From Planctopirus limnophila DSM 3776 (lineage in GTDB: Bacteria > Planctomycetota > Planctomycetia > Planctomycetales > Planctomycetaceae): 32,000 nt of DNA. Position numbers and translations under genes: made by a program. The stretch spans positions 3,570,001 through 3,602,000 of the forward strand of contig NC_014148.1 in the NCBI RefSeq assembly GCF_000092105.1, given 5' to 3'. Within the stretch, counting starts at the first letter, position 1. The number at the start of each line of letters is the position of its first letter. Of this stretch, positions 7,442 to 15,685 are shown piece after piece. The notes under the pieces are model-generated. The model had not been told where the DNA came from and ran no database searches. It worked only from the letters and a program-made list of their open reading frames with translations.

Positions 7442-9499
7442 ATGACGGTAAGAATGACCGATCGATCACAGATCGAAGATTTGGTGGATCGACTGGCTCA
7501 AGAGGTGCATGAGACTGACCAGCCGGGTCAGGTCACACAGGAGTTACTGGCCAGTCTTTCGCCGCTCACTGGAGCCGTAGCATCGCGCTTATGGATCTGG
7601 GTAGGAGGTGTTCCCACCGTCAGTGAGAATGGGGTTCCTGAGAACACCACGGCTTCATCACAGCGACCGACCGTCAGGGGCAGTGCCATGGCGGTCGCCA
7701 TTCACTCGGGTGCAATCCTCGCCCGATATGCTGATCCTGCCGCGGATGACTTGCGTGAGGTCGCCAATCTGGCCAACTCGGTGAAGCCTCAACTTCTGGA
7801 TCCCTTGCCTCAAGGAGATCGCAGTGAAACAGGTGCTGCCGAGAGTGTCCTTCGCTGGATGATCCCCGTGCGAAAGTCGAGTCGTACACTGGCTGTGCTC
7901 GAGTTTTTGCAGCCCGGGAAAGCCGTTGATCCCTTGCCACTGGCCAGTGTGGTGGCAGAATTACTGGCCGATCTGCTGCTGGATCAGGAAGTCCGCCAGT
8001 TACGATTGACTGTCGAACGCCGCCAGAAAGAGCAGGCATTTTTTGCACGTCTGGCAACGACTTCTGGATGGCAAGTCGCCGCTCAGTTGATTGCTCAGGA
8101 GGTTCGGGGGCTGGTGGGCTGCGACCGCGTAGCAGTTTTGCAGTTTGCAGGGAAGCAAGCACGTTTGCTGGCGGTCTCGGGAGTTGCTGATTTTGATCGG
8201 AGATCGCCCGAAGTCCGCCATTTGGAAGCGATGGCTCAAGCGGAGAGTCAAGTCAGTGTTAAGGAGCGTGATCCCCGAATCCAGTTGATCACAGATCTGG
8301 CAAGCGGAGTGCCAATTGCGGCTGTCGTCCTGGAGAAGTTTGGAACGGAAGTCGATCGGCGTAAGGAAGCACCACTTCAGCCGGTTTCCACTTCGAGAAC
8401 GAAACCAGCCGGAATCAATTCCGAGTTACTCGCCACTCAGGAAACAAAAGAGCTGGCTGAGATTCTCAGGAACTGGCAAGGTCTTGAAGCGGTGGTGTCG
8501 TCCATCCTGAGGCAGCAATTGCTGGTGGAGACGATTCCCCTCGCATCGTTCTGGTTGAGAGCGAGTCGGGAGTTCAAGACGTTGTCGCTCCGTCGGCAGG
8601 TTCGGCGTGTCATGTTGTTTGCTCTGTTCGGTGGAGTGGTGGCGAGCCTGTTTCTGATACCGGGTGAACTGCAGATGACCGGGCAGGGCGCAGTGTGGCC
8701 GCGCGAACGCAAACATGTTTTTGCACTCCATGCAGGAGGTGTGGAACAAATTCATGTGAATCAGGGGAGCATCGTCAAAACAGGCGATCTTCTGGTGACC
8801 TTGCATAACCCGGAAATGGAGTTGGAATCGACACGATTGCAGGGTGAGATTTTAACGCTGGAGAAACAGATCGAGGCCACACGATCTGCCCGGGTGCAAC
8901 TCTCTTCCGGGAATAGCGATCAGGCGGCGAAAGCGGCAGAACTTTCTGCCCAGGAATTGGGGTTTGAGCAGCAACTGCAGTCCCGCAGAGAGGAGTTATC
9001 GCTCGTTAAACAAGCCATGAGTGAACTGCAGATTCGATCGCCGATGGATGGCGAAATCATGACGTGGGATCCTCAGCAGACACTGGCTGGGCGACCGGTC
9101 GAACGCGGCCAGATCTTATTGGATCTGGGAGATACGCACGGTGAGTGGGTGGTCGATGTCCGTGTGACGGATCAATCGATGGGCCACATTCTGAGTGCCT
9201 ATGTGCAGTCTCCAGGACAAGGGAATCGACCACAGGAAAAACTCCCTGCCGAGTTTGTACTGACAACCCGGCCTGAAGAGACTCACACTGCCTATGTGGA
9301 GTCGATCAGTGAAAGTGTGGAGCGTGATGAAATGGGGCAGCTCTACCTACGACTGGTGTTGGGGTTTGACCGGCAGAATGTGGCAGGTCTTCGCCCGGGA
9401 GCGACGGCAGTGCCTCGAATTCACTGTGGTAGAGCACCTCTGGGGTACGTCTGGCTGCATGATCTGATCGACAGGATCCGCCTGTGGTGGCAGTTTTGA
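7442..9499 (+). CDS. HlyD-family periplasmic adaptor (membrane fusion protein) with a long cytoplasmic GAF-like N-terminal region
   Basis: C-terminal half: TM VMLFALFGGVVASLFLIPG, lipoyl-like hairpin VEQIHVNQGSIVKTGDLLVTLHNPEME, coiled coil, and LQIRSPMDGEIMTWDP...GRPVERGQILLDLGD. N-terminal roughly 350 aa carry GAF-like segments (VRGLVGCDRVAVLQFAGKQARLLAVSG). Start taken at the ATG at 7442. A GTG at 7367 is also possible. Confidence 0.75.
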   Translation: MTVRMTDRSQIEDLVDRLAQEVHETDQPGQVTQELLASLSPLTGAVASRLWIWVGGVPTVSENGVPENTTASSQRPTVRGSAMAVAIHSGAILARYADPAADDLREVANLANSVKPQLLDPLPQGDRSETGAAESVLRWMIPVRKSSRTLAVLEFLQPGKAVDPLPLASVVAELLADLLLDQEVRQLRLTVERRQKEQAFFARLATTSGWQVAAQLIAQEVRGLVGCDRVAVLQFAGKQARLLAVSGVADFDRRSPEVRHLEAMAQAESQVSVKERDPRIQLITDLASGVPIAAVVLEKFGTEVDRRKEAPLQPVSTSRTKPAGINSELLATQETKELAEILRNWQGLEAVVSSILRQQLLVETIPLASFWLRASREFKTLSLRRQVRRVMLFALFGGVVASLFLIPGELQMTGQGAVWPRERKHVFALHAGGVEQIHVNQGSIVKTGDLLVTLHNPEMELESTRLQGEILTLEKQIEATRSARVQLSSGNSDQAAKAAELSAQELGFEQQLQSRREELSLVKQAMSELQIRSPMDGEIMTWDPQQTLAGRPVERGQILLDLGDTHGEWVVDVRVTDQSMGHILSAYVQSPGQGNRPQEKLPAEFVLTTRPEETHTAYVESISESVERDEMGQLYLRLVLGFDRQNVAGLRPGATAVPRIHCGRAPLGYVWLHDLIDRIRLWWQF

Positions 9500-9611
9500 G
9501 GCTGGGGAAAACATTTCTCCAGAGCTCATAGTTTGAAATATCGCGAAGTATGAATAAATAGCGAAGCGAATGGCTTCGATTCAACAATTTCTTTGCACAA
9601 CCTGAAACAGG

Positions 9612-9631
9612 TGTGACAACAAGCTGTCACA
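9612..9631. repeat. Perfect inverted repeat TGTGACA-N6-TGTCACA (candidate operator; function unknown)
   Basis: tgtgaca at 9612-9618 and tgtcaca at 9625-9631 in gene-free DNA, about 35 nt upstream of the long-stem element. Confidence 0.5.
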
Positions 9632-9665
9632 AGCATTTCCGATAACTGCCGACGTTCGATGGGAA

Positions 9666-9752
9666 GTGGCGGTGGTTATGGCCATGCGAAGGACGGCAGA
9701 GATGGGTCGGCCAGAGCAAGCCTGCGGCCTGACCACCGCCACACTCTTTTTT
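9666..9752 (+). terminator. Long-stem structured element ending in T6. Either an intrinsic terminator or the 3' end of a small RNA.
   Basis: gtggcggtggt (9666-9676) pairs perfectly with accaccgccac (9732-9742) across a 55-nt GC-rich interior that contains further ggcc/ggcc pairings. It is followed by actc and tttttt (9747-9752). It lies 167 nt downstream of the nearest + strand stop. Confidence 0.5.
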
Positions 9753-9944
9753 GGAACTGCACAGTTAACCATGCATCGATCGACGTATTCCGGAATTCAA
9801 TAGCGAATCGATGCGCTGTCCAGCATGCGTGCTTGAAGCTGCTAGCCATCCTCAATCCCATCCTCAGGTGGCTGTAAAACTTGGCAACCACAAGTCTTCA
9901 TCGCTTAGGATTCAAGAGAGTCGCTCTCATGAAGACCTTCTGCC

Positions 9945-9981
9945 AAAAAATCAGGCCCGGCAGATCGAGCTGCCGGGCCTG
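9945..9981 (-). terminator. Intrinsic terminator of the STAS gene
   Basis: Perfect 12-bp stem caggcccggcag (9952-9963) / ctgccgggcctg (9970-9981) with a 6-nt loop. The A6 at 9945-9950 gives a U-run on the - strand. Confidence 0.8.
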
Positions 9982-9987
9982 TGTGGG

Positions 9988-10019
9988 AATTCGACCCGAT
10001 GAAAATTCGACCCGATGAA
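9988..10019. repeat. Perfect tandem duplication of the 16-mer aattcgacccgatgaa
   Basis: Copies at 9988-10003 and 10004-10019, lying between the STAS stop codon and its terminator. Confidence 0.9.
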
Positions 10020-10045
10020 CTCGGGGGTCGATGTTGACCACTGAA

Positions 10046-10426
10046 TCAGGCGACCAGGCTTTTCAGTGCCTGATCTTCGGTCGAAACCAGTGGAATCAAT
10101 CGATTGAAGTGCGAAATCTCCAGCACTTCGCGTGCAATCGGAGAGGCACCGTACAGCACCATTTTGGCCCCTTGTCGCCCTGCTTCTTCATGGATATGCC
10201 GAAGCACTTCCAACAGGCAGGAACCAAAGTAAGGTGCTGATGAAAGATCGACAACCACTGCATCTGGAACGTGTTCTTTCAATGAGGCAACCACTGTATC
10301 GACCTCATCCAGAATCCGTTCGTCCGACAGACTGCTCACTGATTTTTTCAAATGCAGTCGCAGCACTGTCCCCTGTTTTCTCATCTCAAAATAACTGGCC
10401 GGAACAACCGGGGCCGGTGTTAACAT
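10046..10426 (-). CDS. STAS-domain protein (anti-sigma-factor antagonist, SpoIIAA/RsbV-like)
   Basis: VVVDLSSAPYFGSCLLEVL...GAKMVLYGASPIAREVLEISHFNRLIPLVSTEDQALKSL fits the STAS fold. The ATG at 10426 is preceded by GGGAGGG 5 nt upstream. The GTG at 10528 on the ORF track is less likely. Confidence 0.8.
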   Translation of the reverse strand: MLTPAPVVPASYFEMRKQGTVLRLHLKKSVSSLSDERILDEVDTVVASLKEHVPDAVVVDLSSAPYFGSCLLEVLRHIHEEAGRQGAKMVLYGASPIAREVLEISHFNRLIPLVSTEDQALKSLVA

Positions 10427-10539
10427 GAGGCCCTCCCGCAAAAAAAATCCTCTAACATAAACTCGGAGGACACCCTCCGTCAAAAAAGGTTCGCTCGATT
10501 GACTATCTCTCAATTCACTTTGGAGCACTGTTTCTTGGT

Positions 10540-10577
10540 TGGTGAATATCTAATTGGTGATTACATGGCTGGTGAAT
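10540..10577. repeat. Three TGGTGA(A/T)T direct repeats phased exactly 15 nt apart
   Basis: tggtgaat at 10540-10547, tggtgatt at 10555-10562, tggtgaat at 10570-10577. They lie in the gap between the REC-kinase gene and the STAS gene. Confidence 0.6.
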
Positions 10578-10815
10578 CGGTTTCAAACTGATTGTGATTG
10601 AGATCTGCATTTTCCAGACCAAGCCTGAACACCAGATGAACAGATTTCCAAAAATACAATCTGATATCCCCTGCTAATTATCTTCTGATCAACTTGTGAT
10701 TCGATTCAGCAGGTCTGACAACATCTTTGAGCGCCCTCCCTGAGACCCGTCTCGCCAGTGACAACACTGGATCCGTCTCCTATCGATCAATCCGGCATTC
10801 AGACGTCATTTGACC

Positions 10816-11718
10816 TCACGAGTTCCCCAAATGTTCGCGACGGTATTTTTTTAGAACCACTTGATTCCCTCGTTTGCTGTATTCCACCTCATCCATAAAC
10901 ATCTGAATCAGCAGTAACCCTCGGCCGCATGGCTTCTCAAGATTCTCGGGAACGGTCGGATCCGGAATCGTTCCCGGGTCAAAACCGGGCCCCTCATCAC
11001 GAATTACAAAACAAGCCGCTTCGGGCGAAAACTCTGCAGCGACGTGAATCCGCCTCTCCTGATAGGGAGAGATACTCATTCTGGAACGGGCCAACTCATA
11101 GAACTGTCGATGATCGATCTCACGCAAACTCGAACTCACCTCGAGATTCCCGTGATAACAGGCGTTCGTCATCGCTTCCTGTAAGGCCACTCCCACACGG
11201 ATTCGATCTGCCGCTTCACAAATTCCACTTCGAGCTGTCTCTTCCTGAAGGTATTGCACCAGAGAGGCAATCAGTTCCGGATCATTTTCAATGCAAAACT
11301 CAATTTTGTGATGAACAATCCGCTGTGACAGACGCTCACGCGTCGTATCGTCCCGCACGGCATCGAGTACACCCTGAATCGCATCCGTCAAGTCCTGTGC
11401 CAGCCGACACTTCGGCACATAGCTCGAAGCACCCAGCTTCAGCGCAGTCACGGCAATCTCATCTGTCCCCACTCCCGTCATGATCACAACGGGCAATCGC
11501 GGACAATCGCGCCTGAGTGTTGTTACGAGTTCTAATCCACTGATATCCGGCATTGCCAGATCTGTCAGAACCACATCCACAGGATTGAGCGCAATCGTCT
11601 GCAAAGCTTCTGAACCACTCGAAGCTTCACTCACAATCCACTGTGTGTTCGCTTTTAACAGGCCGCAGACCAGGCGTCGATCAGTCGAAGAATCATCGAC
11701 CACGAGAATACTCGTCAT
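10816..11718 (-). CDS. Response-regulator receiver fused to an RsbW/SpoIIAB-type serine kinase (HATPase_c_2) domain
   Basis: REC: ILVVDDSSTDR...VVLTDLAMPDISG...VIMTGVG...SSYVPK. C-terminal domain: QEAMTNACYHGN (N-box), FVIRDEGPGFD (G1), GRGLLLIQMFMDEVEY (G2). No DHp/H-box is present. Confidence 0.82.
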   Translation of the reverse strand: MTSILVVDDSSTDRRLVCGLLKANTQWIVSEASSGSEALQTIALNPVDVVLTDLAMPDISGLELVTTLRRDCPRLPVVIMTGVGTDEIAVTALKLGASSYVPKCRLAQDLTDAIQGVLDAVRDDTTRERLSQRIVHHKIEFCIENDPELIASLVQYLQEETARSGICEAADRIRVGVALQEAMTNACYHGNLEVSSSLREIDHRQFYELARSRMSISPYQERRIHVAAEFSPEAACFVIRDEGPGFDPGTIPDPTVPENLEKPCGRGLLLIQMFMDEVEYSKRGNQVVLKKYRREHLGNS

Positions 11719-11781
11719 ACCCGATTCCCCGCTTGATATCGAAAACTCTCAAGTTGAATTCCCATAGCCATCGACGCCCCA

Positions 11782-11796
11782 GTTGTGATTCACAAC
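11782..11796. repeat. Perfect palindrome GTTGTGA-T-TCACAAC (candidate operator)
   Basis: 7-bp arms with a 1-nt spacer, 64-78 nt upstream of the REC-kinase ATG at 11718. Confidence 0.5.
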
Positions 11797-11978
11797 CTAA
11801 GAATTGCCAGTGAACTGCCCCGTCGAACTTGATTCCACCTTCTCAGACTCAAAGCAAATTCCAATACTCTCGCTCTCTGGCCACGAGGACATATTTCTAC
11901 CAACTCAGCTCCCATGAAACACTCATAGAGATTTCCCAGGCTACGGATGAAAGAAATCACCTCAACACCGGAAGTCGT

Positions 11979-14900
11979 TCACATCCCCTTGCCAGAGCCT
12001 GAAGCAGTCTCTGCACAAACCTGTGGCAACTCTTTGGCAATTCGCTCCACGACATGATCGGCTGATTGTCGATACCTGGCCACCACCTCGACCTCGGGTA
12101 ATCGACCTTCTCGCTTCACGTCCATTTCCATCTGCTCATACTGCTCACTCAGTTTGTTCGCGCCAAAGGTTCGAAAGGCACTTTTGAGTGTATGGCTGAG
12201 TCTTTGAAACAGCTTTGTATCCTGTGTGGTGATCGCGTCATCGAGTTTGTTCAGCAGCCAGGGTGTCTCCTCAAGAAAAGCCTGACCCACATCTGCCAGA
12301 AGCGCCCGATCTCCATTTGTCGCACGCAGAGCCAACTGCCAGTCAACATAATCCTCCGACTTCACCACCGACTCGGCTCCACCATCAATGGTCTGGAGCG
12401 CACCGGCTGCATTCATCGAGTCTCCAATCACTGACTGGCAATCCGTCTGAGGTTCCACCGCATGCGCCTGTTGATCCAGATCAGACTCTTCAGCACAATG
12501 TTCTTCGCTTCTTGCCGCCACACCCTCACTGGTCATCTGGTAGAGCGGCTTCCAGCGTGGAGCATGATCGTTACAGACCTGCTCAATCATCTGAAACAAC
12601 TGACGAGCCCGTATCGGCTTCATCAGGTAATCATCCATTCCGGCCTTCAGGCATTGCTCACGATCCCCCTGCAGGGCATGCGCTGTCATCGCCACGATCG
12701 GAATATGTTCTCCCGTCCGCCTTTCAATCTCGCGAATCGCCATGGTGGCTTCATTCCCGTCGAGTTCGGGCATCTGCACATCCATCAGAATCAGGTCGAA
12801 TGATTCACTGCGATAGCGTTCAATCGCCTCGATGCCATTGCTGGCCACCACTACCCGGTGCCCCCATCGCTCCAGTAAACCCAGTGCCAGTTTCTGATTG
12901 GCCAGACTGTCTTCAGCCAGTAGAATCCTCCGCGAATTGGCCGATCTTTCCGGCACAGCCATAGCCGAAGCCATGGGCACAGCACGAGGTGCCTGCCCCA
13001 TGATCCCTACAATCGAGTTGTACAACTCGGATTGTTTCACAGGCTTGATGAGATAACCGGCAATCCCCAGTTGCTGACACCGCGAGAGATCTTCCAGCCG
13101 ATCCCCCGATGTCAGCATCAGGATTTCAACGGCAGGCATGTTTTCCAGACTGCGAATTGATGCCGTCAGACTGAACCCGTCTTCTCCCGGCATTTGCGCA
13201 TCGGTAATGATCAATCGAATGGGTTCACCTTGATCAATCGCATGCTGCAACTCTCGCCGGGCTTCGATCGCTCCTGCGGCAATTCTTGGACGCATCCCCC
13301 ACAACAACGTCAACTCTTCCAGAATCCTACGATTCGTCTGGTTATCGTCGACAATCAGCACACGCAAGCCATGCAGTTGAGGCTCCTGGGCCAGTGGCTG
13401 CACACTTCCTTCTGCTTCGACACCCAGATTGAGCGTAAAGTGAAAGGTACTACCTTGACCCACTTCGCTTTCAACCCAGATCTTCCCCTGCATCAATTCC
13501 ACCAGCCGGGCCGATATCGCCAACCCCAGCCCTGTCCCTCCATATCGCCTGGTGGTCGAAGAATCGGCTTGCTCAAACGCTTCAAAAATGGATTCAAATT
13601 TATCTTTGGCAATCCCGATCCCGGTATCCTGCACTTTGAAATGCAATGTCACCTGTTCTGCAGTTCGACTCTCGACAGAAACATCGAGAACCACCTCGCC
13701 GCGTTCGGTAAACTTGAGTGCATTCCCCAGCAGATTGATGATCACCTGGCGCACCCGGACTGCATCTCCGCGAACCTCATCGGGAACATCTGGCGAGACA
13801 TGAAACGCCAACTCGAGCTTCTTGCGATGAGCGCGGTTCGAGAGCGATTTCATCGTGTCACCCAGCGAATCGCGTAATCGGAAGGGTTGCTCATCGACAT
13901 GCAATCGACCGGCCTCAATCTTCGAAAAGTCAAGAATGTCGTTGATGATTCCCAGAAGCGATTCACCCGATTCGAGCACCATCCGCAGGTAATCCCGCTG
14001 TGCCACCTTCAGATCGGTATCCATCACCAGTTCTGTCATACCGATAATGGCATTCAAGGGTGTGCGAATCTCATGGCTCATATTGGCGAGAAAATCACTC
14101 TTCGCCCGGTTTGCAGCTTCAGCCGCATCTTTGGCTTCCCGCAAGGCCTGTTCAGCCAGCTTCATCGGCGTAATATCGCGTGAGACTCCGTAGGTTCCGA
14201 TCACGTCCCCCGCTGGTGAAATCAACGGCAATTTGGTGGTCGACATCCACCGGATATGACCATCACTCCAGACCACCCGTTCTTCCTTACCAATCAATGG
14301 CAGACGGGTCTGCATCACATATTCTTCGTCTTTACGAGCAATCGCTGCGTGCTCTGCTGAGAAGAAATCGGTATCCGATTTTCCAATCGCCAGGCTCGGA
14401 TCGGACAATCCGCTCGCGGCGGCTTTCGCCTGATTGATGCGCAGATATCTGCCCCGCACATCCTTGAAGTAGATGTTGTCCGGGATGCTTTTCATCAGGT
14501 TATTGAGCAGATCCCGCTCCTGGTCGAGAGCGATCTCTGTTCGTTTGCGATCAGTCACATCTGAGAAAATCCCCTGGATCCCGACGCAATTCCCTCGACC
14601 ATCATAGACCGGGTTCTTCATCACATGTGTGTAATGCACCTCTCCCGAAGGTGTCACAAACTCTTCGATCGTTTCAAACTGTGCTCTCGTTTCCGTGACA
14701 TACCGATCATCAGCCCGGTACTTATCGGCCAGATCCGTGGGGAAAAAGTCGTAATCGGTCTTGCCCACCACCTCATTCGGAGGGGAACCGAGGATTTCAC
14801 ACAGCTTGCGGTTGGCAAAAGTCACTCGTCCATGCAGATCTTTACGGAACATCGCGTAGGGCAATGTCTCCACTAAAGACCGATAAAACGATTCCGACTC

Positions 14901-15386
14901 CACCAGCTTCTGCTCGGCATACTGACGCTTGAGCACTTCCGAAATGTGCCGCTTATGCGTCAGATTCAGATCATCACAGACCGACCTGAGTGCCACGATC
15001 AGTCGATCCTGGTGCGATAACTGTGGCACTACGTCATCACTGCGCGGCCTCGTCAATCGCTGGATGCCTTGCAGTACATCCTGCAGTGGTCGTTCGTATG
15101 AATAGATCAGATCAGCCGCTCCATCAACCGCTTTAAGAATCAATCCCAACTCGCCGGCCTTGATCAGCAGCAGCACTGGCACAGGAGGCGTGCACTGAGA
15201 TTTGATCAGCGGGAGAAACTCAATGGCTTCACAACCGAGAACCACCAGAGCCGGGCGGATCTGGATTGCCGCCGGCAGATCCTGATCGATATCAAGCGTC
15301 TCAATCTCGTAGCCGGCATCAACCAGCGTCTGACGAAGACCTTCACGAAAGGAAGGTCGTGGTTCAACAATCAGGATGCGGGGCAT
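11979..15386 (-). CDS. Hybrid sensor histidine kinase: N-terminal pseudo-receiver, PAS repeats, HisKA, HATPase_c, two REC domains, C-terminal Hpt
   Basis: H-box SHEIRTPLNAIIGMTEL, N-box LLGNALKFT, G-boxes DTGIGI and GGTGLGLAI. REC1: VLIVDDNQTNR...ITDAQMPGEDG. REC2: ILLAEDSLANQ...ILMDVQMPELDG...DDYLMKP. Hpt: LSHTLKSAFRTFGA. PAS-like SDVTDRKRTE and SRDITPMKLAE junctions. Confidence 0.92.
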   Translation of the reverse strand: MPRILIVEPRPSFREGLRQTLVDAGYEIETLDIDQDLPAAIQIRPALVVLGCEAIEFLPLIKSQCTPPVPVLLLIKAGELGLILKAVDGAADLIYSYERPLQDVLQGIQRLTRPRSDDVVPQLSHQDRLIVALRSVCDDLNLTHKRHISEVLKRQYAEQKLVESESFYRSLVETLPYAMFRKDLHGRVTFANRKLCEILGSPPNEVVGKTDYDFFPTDLADKYRADDRYVTETRAQFETIEEFVTPSGEVHYTHVMKNPVYDGRGNCVGIQGIFSDVTDRKRTEIALDQERDLLNNLMKSIPDNIYFKDVRGRYLRINQAKAAASGLSDPSLAIGKSDTDFFSAEHAAIARKDEEYVMQTRLPLIGKEERVVWSDGHIRWMSTTKLPLISPAGDVIGTYGVSRDITPMKLAEQALREAKDAAEAANRAKSDFLANMSHEIRTPLNAIIGMTELVMDTDLKVAQRDYLRMVLESGESLLGIINDILDFSKIEAGRLHVDEQPFRLRDSLGDTMKSLSNRAHRKKLELAFHVSPDVPDEVRGDAVRVRQVIINLLGNALKFTERGEVVLDVSVESRTAEQVTLHFKVQDTGIGIAKDKFESIFEAFEQADSSTTRRYGGTGLGLAISARLVELMQGKIWVESEVGQGSTFHFTLNLGVEAEGSVQPLAQEPQLHGLRVLIVDDNQTNRRILEELTLLWGMRPRIAAGAIEARRELQHAIDQGEPIRLIITDAQMPGEDGFSLTASIRSLENMPAVEILMLTSGDRLEDLSRCQQLGIAGYLIKPVKQSELYNSIVGIMGQAPRAVPMASAMAVPERSANSRRILLAEDSLANQKLALGLLERWGHRVVVASNGIEAIERYRSESFDLILMDVQMPELDGNEATMAIREIERRTGEHIPIVAMTAHALQGDREQCLKAGMDDYLMKPIRARQLFQMIEQVCNDHAPRWKPLYQMTSEGVAARSEEHCAEESDLDQQAHAVEPQTDCQSVIGDSMNAAGALQTIDGGAESVVKSEDYVDWQLALRATNGDRALLADVGQAFLEETPWLLNKLDDAITTQDTKLFQRLSHTLKSAFRTFGANKLSEQYEQMEMDVKREGRLPEVEVVARYRQSADHVVERIAKELPQVCAETASGSGKGM

Positions 15387-15685
15387 GATAAAGCCTGATC
15401 AAGTGTCGCATCATCAAAATGATACGCGTTGCCTTTGAAACACCGCTTTGTCTGACATCCTGTGAGCTATGCCTTCCACTGCGGGCAAGCAGGCTCTGGT
15501 GACTTTCAAAGCGATGCTTCAAATTGCGTTTCGTTGGGGTCGATCATTTGTGGGGTCAACCTCAATGTTAAGAAATATCCACATTCAAAAGATAGGTCTT
15601 TAATGCGGCTTTCCAGAATTGCCATCACTCAGTGACAGTCAACCGCTACCGCCCGAACCTGACTCTCCCTTTCGAACATTGGGAT

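Noticed and set aside
9666-9752. Identity of the long-stem element as SRP RNA, 6S RNA, tmRNA, RNase P RNA or a tRNA-like gene.
   Set aside because: It lacks the conserved SRP domain IV motif and tRNA T-loop/anticodon architecture. It is also far too short for 6S, tmRNA or RNase P.
9581-10002. Four 63-72-aa ORFs (both strands) in the gap after the HlyD gene, considered as possible bacteriocin or leader-peptide precursors for the adaptor.
   Set aside because: They have no ribosome-binding sites, no leader-like or Gly-Gly motifs, and odd composition. They overlap each other and the RNA-like hairpins, so coding cannot be supported from sequence alone.
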